DNA of 20,000 nt. Source: Halocafeteria seosinensis (Eukaryota). The notes below the pieces were generated by a model. The model did not search any database. It worked only from the letters and a program-made list of their open reading frames with translations, and was not told where the DNA came from. The stretch spans positions 181,513 to 201,512 of the forward strand of contig LVLI01000098.1 of NCBI GenBank assembly GCA_001687465.1. The letters are read 5' to 3'. This document shows positions 11,911 through 20,000 of the stretch, piece after piece (the first letter of the stretch is position 1; every line of letters starts with the position of its first letter). A program made the position numbers and the translations under genes.

Positions 11911-12984
11911 TTAGAAGAAAACCAGCAGCATTCCCGCTAAGCAAGTGATCGTAATAGGAAGAACTGACGACGCAGTGGCCAACGAGATTGCGCCGTTGCC
12001 GTCTCCACCATCATCACTTGTAACAGTGGGATCATACCAGAGCAGCTCATTAAAATGAGGGAATCTGATCTTAACATCGACTCCACCGATATTTATGTCT
12101 TTCACGTCTCTGCGTTAGCAAGAAACTCAGGGGTCCAAGTAGGCAACCATAGATAAGTAGTTAGTTTAGCTTCCACTTACACCTCGGAGTCATCAATCAT
12201 CACCTTATCTTCAAAGACCACTTTTCCCTCCTGGAACGTTACCGAGTTGGAGGCTGCATCCGGTTGTGCGCCACTTCCTTTTAATTGGAACCAGAATTGC
12301 AAGTCGTTATCGTCACCACAAAAGTCCCTGCTAGTTAAACAGACCATGAATAGATACCTGTGCCCTCGATTTTCGTCAGCTAGGAGCGTGCTTACCATCT
12401 GGAGATATTCAGTGCGAACTTAAAACCGCCAGCGGGGACATCCATTCCGTTTATGGTGGTATTTCCCTGGGTTATGTGAGAAAAGAATTCTTATCCGCAA
12501 CTATACAATGCACAACCGATCATAGACTTAAATGACATACCTGAGGCATGTAGCAAGTAACATCAAAACTGGCACTCTGGTCAGACTTCCCGTTACATTC
12601 TTTCAGGCCCACGTCGGTAAGGGAGAGCGTTACTCTGACTACGTCGACACCGTCATCATTGGTGATTTCATCATGAGTCCACTCAAAATCTTTGCTTGCC
12701 CATCCGCTCAAAGAACGCTCGTTGGTATCTCCGTTGAACTCGTTGATTTGCTTGAAGTCTACCATGACAAAGTCATTCGAGTCCTTGTTGGCGAAGTATT
12801 TGAACTTTGGAGCAGCCCCAACAAAGTCCACTTTAGCTCCACCACTAACCATGGACTCAGGTTTGTTACCCTTCCCACCACCATTGTTGCCGTTTCCCAT
12901 CAGGAAGCGCGCGTCAGTTTCTCCTAGAAAGGAGAGCCAGCAGACTGAGGCCAAGAACAACAGGTTTGTGTTGACGAGCTTCAT
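11911..12984 (-). CDS. Secreted, probably GPI-anchored acidic protein, paralogue A (SAARP/CARP4-like core, tentative). Exons 12984-12541, 12466-12396, 12327-12181, 12109-11911 (286 aa)
   Basis: Signal-peptide-like MKLVNTNLLFLASVCWLSFLGETDA. Three GT-AG introns (74, 68, 71 nt) keep the frame (861 nt) and sit at the same positions and phases as in paralogue B. The C-terminus DDGGDGNGAISLATASSVLPITITCLAGMLLVFF has a small-residue site, a spacer and a hydrophobic tail with no cytosolic end. Confidence 0.85.
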
Positions 12985-13095
12985 TCTGTTTTCCTAGTGA
13001 TACTGGTTGTACAGTAGTGTCCAACTATTTCCGAAATATCTTTAATAATAAGTAGAACGATGTTCGCTTTTGTTTGCTTCAAGTACTGTTTACTT

Positions 13096-13218
13096 ATCAA
13101 TACAATTCTTTCATCTTCCTCTAGGTTGTAATAAAAACACGCTCTGCAGGTTATCACTTCAACCATTAACTCCGTGCCGACTCCGGAGCCAGTGAGCACT
13201 CCCTAGTCAGTGACGTCA
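13096..13218 (-). promoter_or_regulatory. Conserved upstream block of paralogue A, including the palindrome TGACGTCA (13211-13218)
   Basis: On the + strand, ATCAATAC..TTTCATCTT, TAACTCCG, TCCGGAG, CCTAG and GACGTC occur in the same order and at nearly the same distance from the ATG as upstream of paralogue B. Confidence 0.5.
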
Positions 13219-13683
13219 GTCAGTTACTCGCCCTTCGAAGCCACCGAAGAGAAGACATTGCACCTGGAAGACAGAAGAGGAAAATTTAATGATCATAATG
13301 ATTAATGGTTGGTCCACCTACCAAAAGGAGTATTTAAGTGGACAGGATTGGCAAAAATTGTAGTCGAACGGTTTCTCCGACTCTTCCTTCGGTTGAAGCA
13401 GGTACAGCGGAAAGAGTTACCGGGGTATTTAACAACCAAGAGTTAACAGTAAGGAGGAAAATCTAATAAACAAGTCTGAGCGCGCACACTGTACCATGTG
13501 TTTTTATGCCATCTCGTCCCTCGTTTGCATGAATTTGATACATTCGCAGTTTGACTCGTAAGTGTGAAGCAGAAACACTCCCCAATTCGATGACTCAAAC
13601 CGTGCGACATGGAAATGCATACAAGTCAAATGCAGGGTTGTTGGATTGTTGTGCATTTTGCGGAGCGCAACTTGCAGCACCTT

Positions 13684-14764
13684 CTAAAAAGCTGATAAGA
13701 GTATCCCTGCCAGGCAAGTAGCCGCTAGTGGGATGGCTGACGACGCGGTTGTAAGTGAGAGTGCACCGTTTCCATCGTCTTCATCATCCTCACCTGTTAC
13801 TGTGGGGTCGTACCAAAGCTGGTTATCGAAGTGAGGGTACGTGATTCTCACATCCGTTCCGCTGATGTCTAAGTCTTGTACATCCCTGTAGAAGCAAGGC
13901 ACTCAGAAGCTGTCATAACATATAACGAGCGCGAATGCGGTGCTACATTTGTCTACATACTTCTCAACTCCATCAATTATTACATTGTCTTCAAAGACAA
14001 CCTTACCCTCCTGGAAAGCTACTGAGTTAGAGCTTGCATCGGGTTCTGCATTACTTCCCTTCAGTTGGAACCAGAATTGTAACGTGTTCTTCTCGCCGCA
14101 AAAGTCCCTGTTAGCGTAACAACCACCGAATACAGTAAAGCATTTGTTCTTCAGTCTGCTGAGAGAGTAGTAATCTTACCATTGGGAGATGTTCAGTGCA
14201 AACTTAAAACCGCCAGCGGGGACTTCAACTCCACTTATGGTGGTGTTTCCCTGGGAGAGAACACGAAGAGGCACATTCGTTGCGTTTTGATAGCCTTCGG
14301 AAGCACGAACAACATACCTGTGGCATGTAACAGAGAACATCAAAACTAGCACTCTGGTTGGAATTACCGCCACATTCTTCCAGGGTAACGTTGGTCAAAG
14401 ACAGCATTACTGCCACTACCTCGACGCCGTCGTCGTTGGTGAAGGTATCGCTGGTCCACTCGAAATTCTTGCTTGCCCATCCACTCAAAGAGCGCTCTTG
14501 GTTGTCGGTATTGTCGAGCTCGCTGATTTGCTTGAAATCCACCATGACAAAGTCACTTGAGTCCTTATCCCGAAAATACCTGAACTTTGGAGCGGCCCCG
14601 ACAAACTCCACTTTCGTCCCAGCAGCTACCATCGGGTCAGGTTGTCCGGTATTGCCATCGTTGTTGCTGATGGCTCCCGTTAGATAGCGCGCGTCAGTTT
14701 CTCTCAGAAGAGAGAGCCAGCAGACTGAGGCTAAGCATACTAAACTTGTGTTGAAGAGCTTCAT
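13684..14764 (-). CDS. Secreted, probably GPI-anchored acidic protein, paralogue B (SAARP/CARP4-like core, tentative). Exons 14764-14318, 14250-14180, 14107-13961, 13885-13684 (288 aa)
   Basis: Signal-peptide-like MKLFNTSLVCLASVCWLSLLRETDA. Introns of 67, 72 and 75 nt keep the frame (867 nt). Exons 2 and 3 have the same lengths (71 and 147 nt) as in paralogue A. Shared blocks: FVGAAPKF, DFVMVDFKQI, ERSLSGWASK, CYMPQGNTTI, VPAGGFKFALNIS.WDFCG, LQFWFQLKGS, PHF...LWYDPTVT. GPI-like tail. Confidence 0.85.
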
Positions 14765-14873
14765 CTCTAACGACTATCTTCCGGATAACTCTAGTTCGCA
14801 ATCCTTTACAGTTTCTTTAAAAATACTTGATTAGAAGATCTAGTTCGTTCATACGGTTTGCTAGTCCTGGTAA

Positions 14874-15020
14874 ATCAATACATAATTTTCATCTTATTCT
14901 TCGTGTAGTAGTTACCAAAACGTGTGTGTAAAAATTTGCTGGCTAGTAGCTAACTCCGGAGTCCGGAGTTGGGTGCGAGCTTCCTAGCGACGTCGAAGCG
15001 TTGTCGTATGTTACATACGA
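14874..15020 (-). promoter_or_regulatory. Conserved upstream block of paralogue B, with two perfect inverted repeats
   Basis: ATCAATAC at 14874; AACTCCGGA-G-TCCGGAGTT at 14952-14970; CGACGTCG at 14988-14995; TCGTATGT-T-ACATACGA at 15004-15020. Confidence 0.5.
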
Positions 15021-15794
15021 TTTCCTCCAAAAAAATGTCAAAGAGAGACGAGGAAACTTGAGTTAGGTATCTATTGTAGGACATTACGGCTTTAAATCGG
15101 TAGTACCAAGTATTCTCCCAGTTTGTCCTGGCCGGAAACTGTCGAGTCCCGTGGCTCCGATTTCGTATTTCCTAATATGTACGCTCCTACTGGACTGGTA
15201 CAATGGGAAGCGGTAAAATAACGTTAAGAGTAAGCCTGAACGCACTCCGTATCGAATGCATGCGCGTATTCTTTCTACTGGTTGGTTCTCTGACCTTCGC
15301 TTTCCCACTAGTGGAATGCCGTTAACCGGTTACCGTTTGTGCTTTGATTTACGTGTGCCTGGTACCTCATGGAGCGTTATACTCGATGTGAAACTTCATG
15401 TCAGGCTATGTGCCATTATGACACGTCGGACAGTGAGGGGGGAAGCCTCTTAACGTTCTTGTGTAAGGACGAAGACGAAGCTGACACGCTAATCATCTTG
15501 CATTACCGGCACGTTATTTCGATACGTGCTTCTCTACTCTGGCCTTATGTCCCTGGCACTGCTGGGCAGTGCTGGCAGACTGTGGCTCTAGGATTTACGG
15601 ACCGGAAGTCGGCCTATTGATAGGAGGGAATCACGCATAGCCGCGCCTATCGTATAGGGAAGGAAAATAAGGTAGGGTACTTCTCCGCGGAATGATTAAG
15701 GGATTCATCGGTTTCGTTCCAACCCATCGGTTTCGGATAGAGCATTTTGGATCCTTTTGTTTTATTCAATGAGAGCATTGCTTTCGCCCACTAG

Positions 15795-16439
15795 GTCAAA
15801 CCCTTTCTCCTGAGTATGAGCGCCTTCAGGGATCGCTTAGGAGTTGCGGTTCCCAGCGATTCCTCAACGAAGAAAGAACCAAGGGAGCTTTCCACGAAAA
15901 TACTTCGTGTTCATAACAAAATCCGTACCCTGGTACAACACGTTGCATGGTAATCACGACCGACGCAGTGTTCGACAACATCATCAACGTGGGTTTTGAA
16001 TGGGTAAGGAAAGAAACATCGTATTCATTTCAAAAATCCTAAAGCGCGCAGTAATGCTAGCATCGCAAAAGACGAAGCATTGATACGCAGCCGGTAACTG
16101 TCCCCGTTGTCAAACAGCGATCGCTTCGTTGAGCGCTACAGTTCGAGGCACTGTTAACATCCTAGTTTAACGAGTTGGTGCTAACGAGCACCATACGGAG
16201 GGGAAGCCAACCCTTGTAGTGGCTCCGTTCCGAACAAATTAGTAACAAGGGTAACAACGTACTGTAGGACACGTGAGGACAGGCGAAGGAACACGGTCGC
16301 CAATGCAACCACTCAGCGCCCATTATTTGGAGGGAATTTCCGGATTTTCAATCGAAAGAAATATGGACTTGGTCTCGCACAGGGAATAAATCCTGATGTA
16401 GCTGAAAGATCCTTGTGTCGTGCGACAACCATCACCGTT
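15795..16439 (+). pseudogene. Possible decayed PP2C/PPM-type phosphatase remnant (speculative)
   Basis: Three motif-like fragments in the expected order but in broken frames: LSMS-AFRD (15810-15833), MVITTDAVFDN (15947-15979) and GAC AAC c ATC ACC GTT = DN/ITV with one extra base (16424-16439). Confidence 0.2.
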
Positions 16440-16610
16440 GAACCGTGTCAACCACTTGTGAAGGTACTGTGAATGCACATTTTCGCATTCTGCTGAGTTT
16501 TGGCACTGCTACAGCTGCATGTGATAGTGGTTTCTGCCATGGGCGATTGTTAAAACTCGAAAATATGATGGCTTTGAATTCCGCCCTCATATACTGCAGT
16601 TTCTTGAAAG

Positions 16611-18125
16611 ATGCCTAAACAAGGCAGTAAAAGGACTAAAGCGACTGCAACGGGATCGTCGCATCGCAGTCGCAACACGAAGAAAGAATGGAACCCCGAT
16701 AGACCACCACTTTCGATGGCACGGGAGCTGCATAACCAATCCAAGGGAAGGAAACTGCTCGTATATCAACTATACATGTGGTGGTTTCAGGAGCACTACG
16801 CACTTGGCGCTAGGGAAGGGGACTTCGTGCAAAAAATTGACTGCTACTTCAACATTGTTGAAGGAGGGTTGAGGAATCGAGTGGCTGAGTCCCTACACAG
16901 GTACACTCATGGCTCTTCTAAAGAAAATTGCATGAAGAATAGTAGATTTGGAAAATTGGAGAAAAAACATGGTGAAAAACGACTTAATTCGGCGTTCGTT
17001 AGAGTGCTTCCTTGGCGGAAGACAACAGTGACCCGACAGACACTGGAGGATGTCAAACTTTGGTATCAAAAATATCCGTACTATCGTGGTACAATCAGTT
17101 TCGAACCAAAAGACAAACTAAGTAATTGGATTTGCAAAGAACTTGGCCGTATCAATGGTGTCCGGCGCGTTGTGTTTCCAGGACTCTTGGGGACTGAGCT
17201 GACTACCGAATCATTTCGACATTTTTCCGCACTAACCAGCTTACAAATTCAGCACTGCAATAAGATGCATTTCGAGGACCGTATGTTTGAACACCTTTCT
17301 AGTGTAAAGGTACTGGTAATGAGGAGATGCCATCATTCTACCGTTACAGACGCTGCCTTCCAGGATTTGAGGAATCTAGTTGACCTGGACATGCGTGAAT
17401 GCAGTCAAAGGACAATCACAGATGAAGCTTTCTCTCATGTTGCTTCACTTACAGCCCTCAATATGTCTAGTTGCTCGCAAAGACCTATCACAGACAATGC
17501 ATTTGAACATCTGACAAATATGCGAGTACTCGATATTTCCGGTTGTACGCAGTCGTCTATTTCTTCAGCATTATTTAGACACCTGCCAAAGCTATCAAAA
17601 CTAAGCATGTGTCGCTGCTCGCAAACTTCTGTCGGAGATAACGCTTTTCAACATTTGGCTTCATTGAAACACTTGGACATGAGCCGTTGTCAGCAATGCA
17701 CAATATCAGATATGGGCCTGCGTCATTTAGCATCGCTGACGTTTCTAGACATTTCCGGGTGCACACAAAATACGATAAGCGCCAGGGCGTTTCGCCCATT
17801 GTCCAATCTAGTGGAACTCCGCATGAATTTTGTTAAGCAGACAACCGTTTCTGACGAAGCGTTTAGGCATCTGAAGCAATTAACAAACCTGCAGATGGCA
17901 AATTGCTCCCAGTCTACCATAACTGATGAGGCGTCTTACCATCTTTCCGAACTCCGTGTTCTTAACATTCGCAACTGCGATCAGGAAACTCTGACAAACA
18001 GTCTGTTCGTCCACTTACAAAACTTAACTTTGTTGGACATGTCCTACTACGGGATGCAGACTCCGACCTCTTTTACGGACGATCTAAGGCAGCATTTGCC
18101 ATACTTGGAAAAGATCAGATGCTAG
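16611..18125 (+). CDS. Leucine-rich-repeat protein (cysteine-containing type, 24-aa repeats) with a basic N-terminal region; no intron needed
   Basis: 504-aa ORF. About 12 tandem 24-residue units plus a partial one, consensus TITDxAFxHLxxLxxLDMSxCxQx (e.g. TITDEAFSHVASLTALNMSSCSQR), from ~17190 to the end. Confidence 0.88.
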   Translation: MPKQGSKRTKATATGSSHRSRNTKKEWNPDRPPLSMARELHNQSKGRKLLVYQLYMWWFQEHYALGAREGDFVQKIDCYFNIVEGGLRNRVAESLHRYTHGSSKENCMKNSRFGKLEKKHGEKRLNSAFVRVLPWRKTTVTRQTLEDVKLWYQKYPYYRGTISFEPKDKLSNWICKELGRINGVRRVVFPGLLGTELTTESFRHFSALTSLQIQHCNKMHFEDRMFEHLSSVKVLVMRRCHHSTVTDAAFQDLRNLVDLDMRECSQRTITDEAFSHVASLTALNMSSCSQRPITDNAFEHLTNMRVLDISGCTQSSISSALFRHLPKLSKLSMCRCSQTSVGDNAFQHLASLKHLDMSRCQQCTISDMGLRHLASLTFLDISGCTQNTISARAFRPLSNLVELRMNFVKQTTVSDEAFRHLKQLTNLQMANCSQSTITDEASYHLSELRVLNIRNCDQETLTNSLFVHLQNLTLLDMSYYGMQTPTSFTDDLRQHLPYLEKIRC

Positions 18126-18262
18126 AGTTGCTGGTACTGAATGGACGCTCTCGGGTGTCCTTTGTCGCTGTAACACGCAAAGTACAGTCATTGTGGCACA
18201 TGGTGCGTGTACGCAAATTCACGAAACTGTTTAAACACAGTAAAGCTGAAACCCTCTTCCAG

Positions 18263-18505
18263 AAATGTAAATTGGAGAATGTCAGCAATCAGACTGACTG
18301 TATCGCTTGCTCTCCAAATGAAGTCTCTACTTGTCGATCATGTTCTGAAGATAAGCAGCCGAGTTCGGGAGAAGCACGCTGTGTTTGCCGCCGAAATGAG
18401 GAGTACGCGTATTCGGAGAATGAAACATGTGACCAGTCCAGGAAGTTAAATCTCAACGTCGAAGTTCGAATCGAACAAATCCAACATTCTTCTTGGTGCT
18501 CTTGA
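18263..18505 (+). other. Cys-rich coding fragment (CxxC...CxxC...CxC): orphan exon or pseudogene piece
   Basis: DCIACSPNEVSTCRSCSEDKQPSSGEARCVCRRNEEY...TCDQ within ORF 18119-18505. It is preceded by an acceptor-like CCCTCTTCCAG ending at 18262. No signal peptide or clear start. Confidence 0.3.
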
Positions 18506-18793
18506 TTTGTTTTCCTACTTCCCGTGGGCCGTCCGTCGCACATTAGTCATCAATTGTGATACACTCGTGTACTGTATTTGAAGAGCTACAGTATAACAGA
18601 CATACACTCAGACTGGATAATCATGGCCTCAGTCGGCACTGAAGACAAGACGACCAAAGCTCAGCATGGTATGTCCGATGTGCAAGCGAGTTCTGACGTA
18701 TTCGCGGGATCTATGGCCGGTCGGATACATATTATAAAACAACAATGTAGCAAGGCTCCTTTTCTCGGACAAGAGTAAGAAGAGCGGACGAAG

Positions 18794-19273
18794 ATGGAAC
18801 TGGATAAAGTTGTGACAAGTGTGACTCTGGCTTTGACGCAAGGGGACGTACATCAACGTCAAGCAGACACCTCTGCTGGCACTATGATGAGGACAGCCAA
18901 AGAAATAGAGGTGAACGAAAATGATTTCAATCCGGATGAGCATGATTATCCGTATCCACTTTGCAAAACCCGTGTCCAGGTTTTTTCCTTTATGCACAAT
19001 TTTCTCAACAACGTGGAAGTGGTGTCGCTAGGAAAGAGTGAAGACAATAAAATATATCATTTTGAAGCGAAATGGACGTCGAACGTTTTTAAGAGGGTGT
19101 ACGGAGCAAGGTCAATTAAATTCAAACCCGAAGATGCAGCGTTCCACACACTGGTTCCAAGCGTCAGCAACTTCATGTACTACGGAGCGTATTCCTGTTT
19201 CGCCCCTTGGATCAGCGATTGCGTACAATTATTATTCAGGGTGGTGCCACCAAACGTAAACAAGGAAAATTGA
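18794..19273 (+). CDS. Hypothetical 159-aa ORF, possibly a degenerate SWIM-like or transposon-related fragment
   Basis: ATG-initiated 480-nt ORF with protein-like composition. The C-terminal AYSCFAPWISDCVQLLFRV loosely echoes the SWIM CxCx(n)CxH spacing with two ligands lost. Confidence 0.35.
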   Translation: MELDKVVTSVTLALTQGDVHQRQADTSAGTMMRTAKEIEVNENDFNPDEHDYPYPLCKTRVQVFSFMHNFLNNVEVVSLGKSEDNKIYHFEAKWTSNVFKRVYGARSIKFKPEDAAFHTLVPSVSNFMYYGAYSCFAPWISDCVQLLFRVVPPNVNKEN

Positions 19274-19890
19274 AGAACGATTTTGACGAGACTGTTGAAC
19301 GGATCAAGGTACGTGGTAGAGCAATGCTCTACGGAAAACACCCGGTCTGACTGAAGCCGCTGAGGTTGCGCAACAGGCTGTAGCTGAACCACTGAACAAC
19401 TTCACTTGTTTACCAGCGGTCCAATGACACAACCTTTACATCCACCGGTACTACCAGGCGTATATTTGAATTGGAATTTATACAATCCCGGTCGCTGCGT
19501 CTTCGAATTCTGGACCAATTTTCGCACTGTGGGTGTAGAACTCGGACTTGTATGACTCAATTCTAAGGGATGACAGGGATACACCCGCGTAACGCAATCC
19601 ACCTACGCCGTATGATGCAGTGACGACCAATAACAATACTCTCCCCCTCCTTCTTCTCCTGCTACAACTTGTGTACACATCGCGCGCGCTGCCCGCTCCT
19701 ATTTTGTGAAGGTGACGAGCCAGGCGTTAATTACATTGTACCAATTTGTATGGTATGAAAAGGGTACATGCATGCATATGTAGTGTCAATTCTTACTTTC
19801 CTTTTATTTATTTGTTGGAGTATACTCCCACTTTGTGTTAAATATTGCACTGCGTAAGCTAAACGTACACGTTCGACCCCAACAGTCAAT

Positions 19891-20000
19891 ATGGACGACC
19901 CCTTTGATGGAATGGACCCCTACGAGAAGAAAGCCATTCTTATGGGCGATGTCGATGAGGATGGGAACGCGTTGATAGACTATGATTCAGACGGCTATCC
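19891..20000 (+). CDS. 5' end of an acidic hypothetical protein running off the window
   Basis: ATG at 19891 opens MDDPFDGMDPYEKKAILMGDVDEDGNALIDYDSDGY(P) with no stop before the edge. A T-rich tract lies upstream at ~19790-19815. Confidence 0.45.
   Translation, partial: MDDPFDGMDPYEKKAILMGDVDEDGNALIDYDSDGY

Noticed and set aside
5124..14764. Stop-codon reassignment or pseudogenisation to explain the fragmented MOT1 and paralogue ORFs
   Set aside because: Every break coincides with a GT(A/G)..-AG intron of 62-96 nt whose removal restores the frame. The standard code suffices.
17190..18110. 72-nt periodicity as a CRISPR-like or satellite array
   Set aside because: The periodicity is at the protein level (LRR codons), with no identical DNA repeats or spacers.
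19180..19680. CRESS-virus Rep-like words on the minus strand (VVAGEEGGGE, TTLNN)
   Set aside because: The order is wrong, the words lie in separate ORFs, and there is no HxQ, YxxK or Walker A motif.
15024..19828. Possible terminal inverted repeats bounding the accessory region (CTCCAAAAAAA vs TTTGTTGGAG; palindrome GGAGTATACTCC at 19817-19828)
   Set aside because: The match is short, low-complexity and imperfect, with no target-site duplication seen.

Overview
Compact eukaryotic (protist-like) genomic DNA with short canonical GT-AG introns (62-96 nt in my models) and the standard genetic code. Several apparent ORF ends in the six-frame track are in fact splice donors. Left to right: (1) a possibly 5'-truncated IQ-repeat/coiled-coil/SAM/ankyrin gene; (2) a 7-exon ELMO-domain (ELMOD3-like ARF/ARL GAP) gene; (3) a convergent 6-exon MOT1/BTAF1 SNF2 ATPase gene; (4-5) a tandem pair of 4-exon paralogues encoding secreted, probably GPI-anchored acidic proteins, with positionally conserved upstream motifs and a core resembling, from memory, coral skeletal SAARP/CARP4 proteins; (6) a ~5 kb accessory-looking stretch with an intronless 24-aa-repeat LRR gene among short or decayed ORF fragments; (7) the start of another ORF at the right edge. 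No rRNA, tRNA, CRISPR or intact mobile element was recognised. All family calls come from motif recognition by eye, not database searches.
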